Positions 53,395-62,998 of a stretch of 64,000 bases of DNA are shown one piece after another (position 1 is the first letter of the stretch; every line of letters begins with the position of its first letter). The position numbers and the translations under genes were made by a program. This stretch comes from Dokdonella sp. (lineage in GTDB: Bacteria; Pseudomonadota; Gammaproteobacteria; Xanthomonadales; Rhodanobacteraceae): positions 82 to 64,081 of the forward strand of contig NZ_JBDSWZ010000079.1 of the NCBI RefSeq assembly GCF_039926425.1. The letters run 5' to 3'. The notes beneath the pieces were generated by a model. That model saw only the letters and a program-made list of their open reading frames with translations, had not been told where the DNA came from and made no database searches.

Positions 53395-55245
53395 CTACTT
53401 CTTCTTCGGAATGTAAAGATCCGTGATCGTCCCTTCGTAAATCTCCGCCGCCATCCCGACCGATTCGCTCAATGTCGGATGCGGATGGATCGTGAGTCCG
53501 ATGTCCGCCGCCTCGCAGCCCATTTCGATCGCCAGCGCGACTTCTGAAATGAGATCGCCGGCGTTCGGAGCGACGATGCCGCCACCGATCACGCGGTGTG
53601 TCTCCTCGTCGAACAGCAGTTTGGTGAAGCCTTCGGTACGTCCGATGCCGACCGCGCGACCTGATGCGGCGTGTGGGAACTTGCCAACGCCGTACTTGAT
53701 TCCCTGCTTCTTCGCTTCGGTTTCGGTGACGCCGACCCACGCGATTTCCGGATCGGTGTAGGCCACACTCGGCACCACGCGCGCGACAAATTCGCTCTTC
53801 TGCCCAGCGCACACTTCCGCCGCGACCTTTCCTTCGTGCGTCGCCTTGTGCGCAAGCATTGGCTGACCGACGAGGTCGCCGATCGCGAAGATGTGCGGCA
53901 CGTTGGTGCGCATCTGCGTGTCGACCGGAATGAACCCGCGATCGGTCACCGCGACGCCCGCTTTGTCCGCGCCGATGTTGCCTCCGTTCGCGGAACGCCC
54001 GATGGCGACCAGTACGCGATCATAAAGTTGCGGCTCGGGTGCCTTGTCCCCTTCAAAGATTGCCCTCAGGCCTTTTTTCTCGGCGTCGATCTTCGTGACC
54101 TTCACCTTGAGATGGATGCCGGCGTAGCGTTTGGCGAGGCGCTGCTGCAACGGGCGCACGAGATCCGGATCCGCGCCGGGCATCAGCTGGTCCATCAGTT
54201 CGACGACAGTGACTTCGCTGCCGAGCCCTTCGTACACGCAGGCCATTTCAAGACCGATGATGCCGCCGCCGACGACCAGCAGTCGTTTCGGAATGTCGGT
54301 GAGCATCAGTGCGTCGGTCGAATCCATCATGCGCGGGTCGTCCCACGGGAATCCGGGCAGTTTCACAGCCTGCGAGCCGGCCGCGATGATCGCATGTTCG
54401 AATCGCACGAGCGTCGTGCCGCCCTCGACGGTCACTTCGATCTCGTTCGGCGAGAGAAACGTTCCCGTGCCTTGCACGATCGTGACCTTGCGCTGCTTCG
54501 CCATGCCGGCGAGTCCGCCGACCATCTGCGCGACGACCTTGTCCTTGTTCGCGCGCAGCTTGTCGAGATCGATTTTCGGCGTGCCGAAGGTGATGCCGAT
54601 CTCCGACGCGTGCGCCGCCTCGTCGATCACGCGCGCCGCGTGCAACAAGGCCTTCGACGGGATGCATCCGACGTTGAGACACACCCCACCCAGCGCGGCG
54701 TAGCGTTCGATCAACACCGTCGTCTGGCCAAGATCGGCCGCACGGAATGCGGCGGTGTAACCGCCCGGACCCGAACCGAGCACGACGACCTGGCATTCGA
54801 TGTCCGCCTTGCGGCCGGACGACACGGCAGCGTTCGACGTTCGCGCCGCGGATTTTTCGTCGACTCCCTCGCCAGCGGCGGACGCCGCGGAAACGGGTGC
54901 ATGAGGCGCGCTCTTTTCTTCGGGCGGACTCGTCAATGCAGAAGCGCCCCCTTCCGCGTTCGGTACCTTCCCCCGCTCCGTAGTGGAAGGAACGTCGCTG
55001 GTGGCATGCGTCTCGATCACCACCACAACGGCGCCTTCGGCCACTTCGTCGTTGAGCTTGACGCGGATTTCCTTCACCACGCCGGCAACGCTCGCCGGCA
55101 CCTCCATCGTTGCCTTGTCCGATTCGAGTGTGACGAGCCCTTGGTCCTTGGCGACGGTGTCACCAACCTTCACCAGAATTTCGATGACCGGGACGCCGGT
55201 GAAATTGCCGATATCGGGGACTTTGACTTCGATCGTGTTGCTCAT
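53395..55245 (-). CDS. lpdA: Dihydrolipoamide dehydrogenase with N-terminal lipoyl domain
   Basis: LESDKATME lipoyl motif, GSGPGGY, GGVCLNVGCIPSKAL and HPHPTLSE. Confidence 0.97.
   Translation of the reverse strand: MSNTIEVKVPDIGNFTGVPVIEILVKVGDTVAKDQGLVTLESDKATMEVPASVAGVVKEIRVKLNDEVAEGAVVVVIETHATSDVPSTTERGKVPNAEGGASALTSPPEEKSAPHAPVSAASAAGEGVDEKSAARTSNAAVSSGRKADIECQVVVLGSGPGGYTAAFRAADLGQTTVLIERYAALGGVCLNVGCIPSKALLHAARVIDEAAHASEIGITFGTPKIDLDKLRANKDKVVAQMVGGLAGMAKQRKVTIVQGTGTFLSPNEIEVTVEGGTTLVRFEHAIIAAGSQAVKLPGFPWDDPRMMDSTDALMLTDIPKRLLVVGGGIIGLEMACVYEGLGSEVTVVELMDQLMPGADPDLVRPLQQRLAKRYAGIHLKVKVTKIDAEKKGLRAIFEGDKAPEPQLYDRVLVAIGRSANGGNIGADKAGVAVTDRGFIPVDTQMRTNVPHIFAIGDLVGQPMLAHKATHEGKVAAEVCAGQKSEFVARVVPSVAYTDPEIAWVGVTETEAKKQGIKYGVGKFPHAASGRAVGIGRTEGFTKLLFDEETHRVIGGGIVAPNAGDLISEVALAIEMGCEAADIGLTIHPHPTLSESVGMAAEIYEGTITDLYIPKKK
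54941..54991 (-). repeat. REP-derived sequence inside the lpdA linker
   Basis: Minus strand TCCTTCCACTACGGAGCGGGGGAAGGTACCGAACGCGGAAGGGGGCGCTTC aligns with the intergenic REP at 52384-52436. Confidence 0.7.
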
Positions 55246-55273
55246 GTTGTATTCCTTGAAAGTCCGGTCGGTA

Positions 55274-56377
55274 CTAGCGGCGTTGGTCCGCATCCGTTCG
55301 TGGGGCCACCGTGCGCTGATTTTCCGCGATGTCGCGATCGACGTCGTGCGCAGCATCGTTTTCGCCGAGCGCGGCGCGCTCGTGCGCAGACAACGGGTCG
55401 TCCGCGCCTTGCCCCGCCTGTTGCGCGGCATCGCGGCCCTGGGCGCCGGAAAGTCCGAACCAGCTGCGCACGTGCAGGTCACGCTGCGGATATGGAATTT
55501 CGATACCGTGCCGGCGAAGCGCGCTTTCGAGCGCCCAGTTGTAAGCAGCCGTCACCGAGCCCGGGCGTCGGGTGGCCTCGGCGGTCAGCCACACGACGAG
55601 TGCAAACTCCAGCGCCGAGTCACCGAACCTGGTCAGCCAGACCTGCGGGCGACGATCGCCTTCCTGAGTCAACGTGAAAGGCACTTCGACCGCCGCCTCG
55701 AGCGCCGCCTTCTTGACGCGTTCCTTGTCGCTTCCATAGGCAACTCCAAACGGAATTTTCAGCCGGCGCGAGACATCGCGCAGCGTCCAGTTCACCACCC
55801 GCCCGTTCACGAACTCGGAATTCGGCACGAGGATGTCGATGTTGTCGTTGGTGGTGATGCGCGTCGCGCGGATGTGGATGTCGTGCACCGTGCCGTGCAC
55901 GCCGGATGCGAGTTCGACGAAATCGCCGACCTGCAGCGTCCGCTCGAACAACAGGATCAAGCCGGACACGAAATTGTTGAAAATCGCTTGCAGGCCGAAT
56001 CCAAGACCGACGCCGAGCGCGCCGGCGAACACCGCAAATCGAGCCACCGGAATGCCGGCAACGCTCAGCGCGAAGATGCCGCCGATCGCCAGCAGCAGGT
56101 AATGCATCATGCGCGACAGCGTGTACAACGTCGCACGATTGGCACTCGCGTGGCTGCGCCCATAGCGATCGAGTGCTCGCTGCCCGACGCGGGAAACCAG
56201 CACGGTCAGCAGCACGATGAGCGCAGCGCCGACGAGAGCGCCGACCGTGATCTCGAGACCGGCCACGTGGATCAGCTTGAAATCGAGTATCGCGTTGCCG
56301 CTGTCGAGAACGTCGTTCCACCCGCGCACGGCATCGTCGCGGGCTTTCTCGATCTTGCTGGTGCCGTCGGCGGCCAT
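55274..56377 (-). CDS. MscS-family mechanosensitive channel
   Basis: GVGLGFGLQAIFNNFVSG, VGDFVE, GVAYGSD and IEIPYPQRDLH motifs. Confidence 0.92.
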   Translation of the reverse strand: MAADGTSKIEKARDDAVRGWNDVLDSGNAILDFKLIHVAGLEITVGALVGAALIVLLTVLVSRVGQRALDRYGRSHASANRATLYTLSRMMHYLLLAIGGIFALSVAGIPVARFAVFAGALGVGLGFGLQAIFNNFVSGLILLFERTLQVGDFVELASGVHGTVHDIHIRATRITTNDNIDILVPNSEFVNGRVVNWTLRDVSRRLKIPFGVAYGSDKERVKKAALEAAVEVPFTLTQEGDRRPQVWLTRFGDSALEFALVVWLTAEATRRPGSVTAAYNWALESALRRHGIEIPYPQRDLHVRSWFGLSGAQGRDAAQQAGQGADDPLSAHERAALGENDAAHDVDRDIAENQRTVAPRTDADQRR

Positions 56378-56389
56378 CGTGTACGTCGG

Positions 56390-57775
56390 TTAGAGCAGCA
56401 CGCGCCGCATGTCCGCCAGTACCTGCGCCAGATACGCCGTGAACCGTGCTGCGGAGGCACCGTCGATCACGCGATGGTCATAGCTCAGCGACAGCGGCAG
56501 GATCAAGCGTGGCGTGAACGCGTCGCCATTCCAGACCGGCTTCATCGCGGATTTGGATACGCCGAGGATCGCGACTTCGGGTGCGTTGACGATCGGCGTG
56601 AATGCGGTGCCGCCGATACCGCCGAGGCTGGAAATCGAGAAGCATCCGCCCGACATGTCGGCGGGCCCGAGCTTGCCGTCGCGCGCCTTCTTCGCGAGAT
56701 CACCGCTTTCCTGCGCGATCTCGATCACGCCCTTTTTGTCCGCATCGCGCAGCACCGGAACCACGAGGCCGTTCGGCGTGTCCGCGGCGAAGCCGACGTG
56801 GAAATACTTCTTCAGGATCAGGTTGTCGCCGGTCGTGTCGAGCGACGCATTGAAGTCCGGATATTTCTTCAAAGCCGCGACGACGGCCTTGATCAGGAAC
56901 GCGAGCATCGTCAGCTTGATGCCCGCCTTTTCGTTTTCCTTGTTCAACGCGACACGCAATTGCTCCAACTCGGTCACGTCGGCATCGTCATGCTGCGTGA
57001 CGTGCGGAATCATCACCCAGTTGCGCGCGAGATTGGCGCCGGCGATCTTTTTGATCTTCGACAGGGGCTTGCTTTCCACCGCACCGAACTTGGCAAAATC
57101 GATGGTCGGCCACGGCAGCAGATTGAGCCCGCCACCGACCGCGCCGCCACTCGGCGCGCGCGACGCACCACCGCCGGTGAGTGCCGCCTTCACGAAATTG
57201 CGCACGTCCTGTTTCGAGATGCGGCTCTTGCGCTCGGTGCCGACGACTTTTGCGAGATCCGCGCCAAGTTCACGTGCGAACAAGCGGACTGCCGGACTCG
57301 CATACGGCACCTGGTCGGGCATGACCGTACTGGCATCGAACGGCACCGGCGGCGAACGTGGACCGGCCGCCTCCGGGTCGACACCCGACCGGTCGTCGAC
57401 GGACGGCGCGGATGTCGGAGCCGCGGGCGGCGGTTCCGACCTGGACGGCGACGTGGCGGCAGCCGGTTGCGCAGCGGGCGCGGGGGGTGGCGACGAGGTG
57501 GGCGGCGCTGCGGGCGCCGACTTCGACGGGGAGGCATCGGCGGCTTCGATCAATGCCACGACGAAGCCTTCGCCGATTTCGTCGCCGACCTTCACCTTCA
57601 CTTCCTTCACCACGCCATCGAACGGCGCCGGCACTTCCATCGTCGCCTTGTCCGATTCCAGCGTGACCAGACCCTGGTCGCGCGTCACCGTGTCGCCGAC
57701 CTTGACCAGGACTTCGATGACGGGAACGTTCGGGTAGTTGCCGATGTCCGGCACCTTCGCTTCCTGTACGGCCAT
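56390..57775 (-). CDS. aceF: Pyruvate dehydrogenase E2 (single lipoyl domain)
   Basis: LESDKATME, YASPAVR, IPHVT and LSYDHRVIDGA motifs. Confidence 0.96.
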   Translation of the reverse strand: MAVQEAKVPDIGNYPNVPVIEVLVKVGDTVTRDQGLVTLESDKATMEVPAPFDGVVKEVKVKVGDEIGEGFVVALIEAADASPSKSAPAAPPTSSPPPAPAAQPAAATSPSRSEPPPAAPTSAPSVDDRSGVDPEAAGPRSPPVPFDASTVMPDQVPYASPAVRLFARELGADLAKVVGTERKSRISKQDVRNFVKAALTGGGASRAPSGGAVGGGLNLLPWPTIDFAKFGAVESKPLSKIKKIAGANLARNWVMIPHVTQHDDADVTELEQLRVALNKENEKAGIKLTMLAFLIKAVVAALKKYPDFNASLDTTGDNLILKKYFHVGFAADTPNGLVVPVLRDADKKGVIEIAQESGDLAKKARDGKLGPADMSGGCFSISSLGGIGGTAFTPIVNAPEVAILGVSKSAMKPVWNGDAFTPRLILPLSLSYDHRVIDGASAARFTAYLAQVLADMRRVLL

Positions 57776-57985
57776 GCTTGCTCCGGGATCGTGATGCGGG
57801 TTGGCGAGTTTCGCCGATTTGCAGGGGCCGCGTCATGCTGCGAACCGCGATTCGGGCCCGTGCGACGCGGATGGCTCCGTCCATCGCGCGCCATCCGGCG
57901 CTCGCACGGGCTGCGGTGACCTCGCTATGCTCGCCGCTGAGCAAACGCGTGGCGATTCGCTGCGTCCGCCTGCACGGAGAATTCG

Positions 57986-58618
57986 ATGTACATCCTGTAC
58001 TACTCGCCTGGAACTGCCAGCATGGCGGTGCATCAGGCACTGCTCGAAATCGGCGCGCCGCACGCGCTCCGCAAACTCGATCTCGACTCGAACGAACACA
58101 AAAGCGCCGACTACCTGCAACTGAATCCGAACGGCACGGTGCCAACGCTGGTCGTCGACGGAAAACCGGTCTACGAATGCGCCGCGCTGCTGCTGCTGCT
58201 CGCAGAACGCCACCCGGAAGCAGCGCTTGCGCCAGCCCCGGGATCTTCAGGGCGGCCGGCCTACCTGCAGTGGATGCTGCATCTGGCGAACACGCTGCAA
58301 CCGGCTTTCCGACAGTGGTTTTACGCACGGGACTTCGCGCCCGCCGAGCACGAACACGACTCCAAGGAATTCGCCCGCCGCCGCATTGAAGCCGTGTGGG
58401 CGAGGCTCGACGCGCATCTCGCGGTGAATGGACCGTGGATGCTGGGTGGCGACTTCAGCATGGTCGACTTGTACGCCACGATGCTGATGCGCTGGTCACG
58501 CAACATGCCGCGCAGCGCGATCGAATGGCCCGCACTCGCCGCGCTCGCGCAGCGCGTCAAGGCCCGGCCCAGCTGGACGACGCTGTATCGGATCGAAGGG
58601 TTGACCGAGTGGACCTGA
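57986..58618 (+). CDS. Glutathione S-transferase
   Basis: LYYSPGTAS, NPNGTVPTL, ECAALL and FSMVDLY motifs. Confidence 0.92.
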   Translation: MYILYYSPGTASMAVHQALLEIGAPHALRKLDLDSNEHKSADYLQLNPNGTVPTLVVDGKPVYECAALLLLLAERHPEAALAPAPGSSGRPAYLQWMLHLANTLQPAFRQWFYARDFAPAEHEHDSKEFARRRIEAVWARLDAHLAVNGPWMLGGDFSMVDLYATMLMRWSRNMPRSAIEWPALAALAQRVKARPSWTTLYRIEGLTEWT

Positions 58619-58707
58619 CGACGTCGCAGTGAGGGCGGGCGGCGCAGCGCGCAGCCCGCCGCGGTGCCGCGCATCGGCTTGAAACGTATCGCGCGGGGTG
58701 CCGCCTG

Positions 58708-59613
58708 CTACTCCGCTTCCGCCGTACACACGCGATTGCGTCCGCCCTGTTTGGCACGGTAAAGCTGCGCGTCTGCGGCAGCGAGCAGATCACCGAGGAT
58801 TTTCATCCCGTCACGCCACACCGCCACCCCGATACTCGCGGTGACGTGCTCCAACTCGACCTCGTCTCCCAGCTCGAGCGCCGCGATGCCTTCGCACAGA
58901 TGTTGCGCGTAGGCCGTGGCTTGCACGAGATCGTGCTCGGGCAACACGGCGGCGAATTCCTCGCCGCCGATGCGCGCGACGACGAATTCCTCGCGCGTGT
59001 TGATCTTGAGCACCGCCGCCACGCGTTTGAGCACCACGTCGCCGGCAGGATGGCCGTAGCGGTCGTTGATCGACTTGAAATGGTCGAGGTCGAGGATCAG
59101 CAGCGCAAGAGAACGTTCGTGCCGCGCCGTCCGCGCGAGTTCCCGTTCGAGCAATTCGAGGAAATGGCGGCGGTTCGACAACCCGGTGAGAGGGTCGATC
59201 GTCGCCAGCTGGTAGATCTCCTCGTGGTAGCGCGCCTCGACCGACGACCGCTCCATGAACTTCAACACGCAATTGCCGATCGTCACATGGTCGCCGTCCT
59301 TCAATTCGGCTTCGATGATCGGCTGGTCGTTGAGCAGGGTCTTGTTGGTCGAATCGAGATCCTGGACGCGATACCCTGAAGGTCCGCGCCAGATCTTCGA
59401 ATGCTGGCGCGAGATGCTGCGCTCCATCACCTGGAAGTCGCAGTCCGGTGCGCGGCCAATGATCAGCGGAGCTTCGCCGATGTCGATCCGCTGTCCCAGC
59501 CGCTGTCCCTGCAGCACGACGAGGCATGCCGACGTCGACGCGTCGCGCGCGTCCTGACCTCGCGAAACGCGCAGGGTGCGCCGCTGCGTGGTATCGCGGT
59601 CGGCTGGATTCAT
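58708..59613 (-). CDS. FHA-domain diguanylate cyclase
   Basis: FHA motifs IGRAPDC, SISRQH and STNKT; GGDEF domain DPLTGLSNRR, DLDHFKSINDRYGHPAGD and RIGGEEF. Confidence 0.92.
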   Translation of the reverse strand: MNPADRDTTQRRTLRVSRGQDARDASTSACLVVLQGQRLGQRIDIGEAPLIIGRAPDCDFQVMERSISRQHSKIWRGPSGYRVQDLDSTNKTLLNDQPIIEAELKDGDHVTIGNCVLKFMERSSVEARYHEEIYQLATIDPLTGLSNRRHFLELLERELARTARHERSLALLILDLDHFKSINDRYGHPAGDVVLKRVAAVLKINTREEFVVARIGGEEFAAVLPEHDLVQATAYAQHLCEGIAALELGDEVELEHVTASIGVAVWRDGMKILGDLLAAADAQLYRAKQGGRNRVCTAEAE

Positions 59614-59801
59614 TCGTTCCGGATGGATGAGCTCGGGCGGGACGATTCTACCAATCCCGGAGGATGACGCGCGCGACAATCGCCGCGTTGTTCAGTCATG
59701 CACGCGAAGCGCTCGCCGACCTTCTGTATATTGCGCCTGCGCGGGTGACCGGCGGGCGCGCAGTCCGCCGATCGTCATTGGCGGAACAGGAGTCCGTGGA
59801 C

Positions 59802-62228
59802 ATGCATCGACCCGATTCGCCCGCAGACGACGCGACCGAAGCGCAGATCCCTCTCAGTGTTGCCGACGCCGGCACCGAACTTCCGGCCGGCGCCGTGCTC
59901 GGCGTCTACGTGATCCGCCGCGTGCTCGGCGAGGGCGGCATGGGACGTGTCTACCTCGCCGAACAAACCCGCCCCGTGCGCCGCGATGTCGCGCTGAAAC
60001 TGATCCGCGAGCAGGTGGCGAGCCCCCTGGCACGCGCCTATTTCGATGTCGAGCGCCAGGCGCTCGCGCAGATGCAGCATCCCGCGATCGCCCAGGTGTT
60101 CGATGCGGGAACCACGGAGCAGGGCCATCCGTACCTTGCGATGGAAGTGGTCGAAGGCCGCCCGATCACCCAGTTCTGCCGCGAGGAAAAGCTCACGCGC
60201 GACGAGCGACTCGCGCTGTTCACGCGCGTCTGCAACGGCGTTCAGCACGCACACCAGAAAGGCGTGATCCATCGCGACCTGAAACCGGCCAACGTGCTGG
60301 TACGCCGTGTCGATCGGCAACCGCTTCCGAAAATCATCGACTTCGGCATCGCGATCGGCGGCAGCGTTTCCGCCGACGGCGCCACCGTCTCGGCCACCGG
60401 TGCCGACCGCGCCGGTACCGAGATCTACATGAGCCCCGAACAGGCCGGGCGACGGCATCGGGACATCGACACGCGCAGCGATGTCTACGCGCTCGGCGTG
60501 ATGCTGTGCGAGGTGCTGACCGATTCCGACGCGCGCGCGCTGACCGCACACGCCCATCGCTCGGCGCGAGCGCCACACGAAACCTTGCTCACCGCCCTCG
60601 CGAGCGATGCGGACATTGGCGAAACGAGTCCGAATGCACTTGCGCTGATCGCCGCGGCGCACCGCTTGCCGGCGGAACTGAGGGCCATCCTGCGCAAGGC
60701 GCTGGCGGCGGATCGTGCTGCGAGGTACGACTCCGCCGCCGCGCTCGCCGATGACCTGCAACGCCTGCGCGAACGACGTCCGGTCAAGGCGATGCCGCAA
60801 ACGCGCGCGTATCTCGTTCGCACGTTCGGCGCACGCCATCGCCTTGGCCTTGCTGCTGCAGGCATGGTCGGCGCGGCGCTGGTCGTTGGCGCTGCACTGG
60901 CACTGCACGGGCTGTCTCGGGCGCGCCAGTCTGCGGACATCGCGCGCAGCGAGGCGGCGAAGTCCGAACGTGTCGCCGGGTTCGTGCGCAGCATGCTGGC
61001 GGGCATCGATCCGGATCGGGCGCGTGGCATGGACAATCGGTTGATGCGGACGATCCTCGATTCCGCTGCAGAACGAGCCGGGCGCGAGCTCGCTCGGCAA
61101 CCGGATGTCCGGGCCGACATTGATCGGACGATTGCCGACAGCTATGCATCACTGGGCGAATTCGCTCTTGCCGATGCCCACTATGCGGCAGCGCTGTCGA
61201 GCGCGAGCGCCGCGCTGCTTTCGGGAGGGCTCGTCGGAGAAATCACGAGCGCACGAGCCCTCGCCCTCAACGGAGCAGGCCATACGAAGGAAGCGCTCGC
61301 GATGGCGGAGGAATCGCTGGGGCAGGTTTCAGTATTGCCGACCGACCATCGCGTACGACTCGCAGTCGAGAATCATCTTGCAGCGCTCGAACGTGACTCC
61401 GGCAAGATCGAACCCGCACGCGCGCGTTTCGAGCATGTGCTGGCAGCACAGCGAGACGCATTCGGCGATGACGATCCGGATACGCTCGACAGCGTTCAGG
61501 GGCTGGGGATCACCGAGTTCATCGCCGGCCGCTTCGACGTCGCACGGACCCTCCTGCAGGCGCTGGTCGACAAGTACCGCCAGCTGTATGGCGCCGAAGA
61601 CATCAAGACCATCGGCGTTCTGGTGACGCTCGGCGTGTTGTCGAATGAGCAGGAGCGCTATGCCGATGCCGAAGCACTTCTCAAGCCGCTGCTGCCGCTG
61701 GTCGAGAAAGTCTATGGTCCGGACCATCCGCGCACACTCGTGGTGGTGATGAATCTCGGCAGCGCGCTGCGCTACGCCAACCACTACGACGAAGCGCGCC
61801 CGCTGTATCTGCGTGCGCTGGAACTTGCGCGCAAGCTGTATGGCCCCGATGCGCCGCGCACGTTGATGGCCGAAGGCAACCTCGCCGCGATGCTCGGCGA
61901 TGCCGGTGATCTGGTGGAGGCCGAGCAGCACGCGCGTTTCGTCGTCGACCACGCCGACCAGGCGTTCGGCGACAATCCCTATCGCGCGGCGATGTTTCGC
62001 GGTCTCGCCAAGATCCTCATCCTGCAACACCGTTACGCCGACGCCGAGAAGCAGCTCGACCGCGCGTGGGCCGTCTTCACCGCCGCGCCAGGCTACGGCG
62101 CCGAGCATCCGCGCAGTCAGGAAGTCGTCGACAGTTACATTGACCTCTACAAGGCTTGGGGGAAGCCCGATCGTGAGGCGGAATGGCGCTCACGGAAATT
62201 GCCTGTGCCCGGTCTGGCTGTGAAGTAG
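59802..62228 (+). CDS. Hanks-type Ser/Thr kinase with TM and TPR repeats
   Basis: GEGGMG, VALK, HRDLKPAN, DFG and YMSPEQ motifs; TM segment; TPR-like repeats; AGGAG RBS. Confidence 0.92.
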   Translation: MHRPDSPADDATEAQIPLSVADAGTELPAGAVLGVYVIRRVLGEGGMGRVYLAEQTRPVRRDVALKLIREQVASPLARAYFDVERQALAQMQHPAIAQVFDAGTTEQGHPYLAMEVVEGRPITQFCREEKLTRDERLALFTRVCNGVQHAHQKGVIHRDLKPANVLVRRVDRQPLPKIIDFGIAIGGSVSADGATVSATGADRAGTEIYMSPEQAGRRHRDIDTRSDVYALGVMLCEVLTDSDARALTAHAHRSARAPHETLLTALASDADIGETSPNALALIAAAHRLPAELRAILRKALAADRAARYDSAAALADDLQRLRERRPVKAMPQTRAYLVRTFGARHRLGLAAAGMVGAALVVGAALALHGLSRARQSADIARSEAAKSERVAGFVRSMLAGIDPDRARGMDNRLMRTILDSAAERAGRELARQPDVRADIDRTIADSYASLGEFALADAHYAAALSSASAALLSGGLVGEITSARALALNGAGHTKEALAMAEESLGQVSVLPTDHRVRLAVENHLAALERDSGKIEPARARFEHVLAAQRDAFGDDDPDTLDSVQGLGITEFIAGRFDVARTLLQALVDKYRQLYGAEDIKTIGVLVTLGVLSNEQERYADAEALLKPLLPLVEKVYGPDHPRTLVVVMNLGSALRYANHYDEARPLYLRALELARKLYGPDAPRTLMAEGNLAAMLGDAGDLVEAEQHARFVVDHADQAFGDNPYRAAMFRGLAKILILQHRYADAEKQLDRAWAVFTAAPGYGAEHPRSQEVVDSYIDLYKAWGKPDREAEWRSRKLPVPGLAVK

Positions 62229-62335
62229 CGCGCGACCGAGGTCAGCGTTGTCGCGGGTTGATCGGCGGCGTGCGCGGCCCTTCGATCGGCCAGATGCGGA
62301 TATCAGGGTGCATCCGGCGAGCCAGGACCTTCAAA

Positions 62336-62908
62336 TCAGAACGTTCGCACGCGCCGAGGCTTCAGCAGCACCGCCATTCCGATTCCCGCCAGCAACCAAC
62401 CGCCGACCTGGTCGGCGAGATCGCCGATCGCGAACGACGACGAAAAACCGTACCACGTCCATTGCGACACGGAGATCGACAGCCACGCGGCGATGCCGAT
62501 GGAGGCCATCGACGACACCCGACGTGCGAAACCGCCCGGCAGCTGGACCAGCAGCAGCGCGCCGAACAATGCGGCCAGCACGTTCGAGACAAACTCGGTC
62601 ACGAGCTGACGCGGAGACATCGCCTCGCCACCGTTCGGCTTGAAGATCAACACGCCTGATGGACCCGCAGCAATCTGCTGCCGGTAGGCCTTTTGCTGCT
62701 CCGCTGTCGCTTTTCCGCTCATGTCCGTCCAGGGGAAAACATACATTCCCTCCGCCGGCAGATCGCTGCCCAGTGTCTTGAGCATGGCCTCTTCGTTCGG
62801 CAACGGCTTGAGTGCCTCGCGTTCGAACGGCAACACGAGGTGCGAAGCGGCACCCCAGACGAACATCAACAGTCCGCCGAAGATCGCGGCGAAAACAATA
62901 CGCACCAT
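62336..62908 (-). CDS. Hypothetical membrane protein (about 4 TM)
   Basis: Hydrophobic segments flanking a PAEGMYVFP loop. Confidence 0.7.
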   Translation of the reverse strand: MVRIVFAAIFGGLLMFVWGAASHLVLPFEREALKPLPNEEAMLKTLGSDLPAEGMYVFPWTDMSGKATAEQQKAYRQQIAAGPSGVLIFKPNGGEAMSPRQLVTEFVSNVLAALFGALLLVQLPGGFARRVSSMASIGIAAWLSISVSQWTWYGFSSSFAIGDLADQVGGWLLAGIGMAVLLKPRRVRTF

Positions 62909-62998
62909 GGCGTGGACTCCGATATCGGACTCGCGGGCCCGACGACGCGCGCATCATACCCGCCAGCGACTCGTCGCCACGCTCCTGCGGGACACCCG

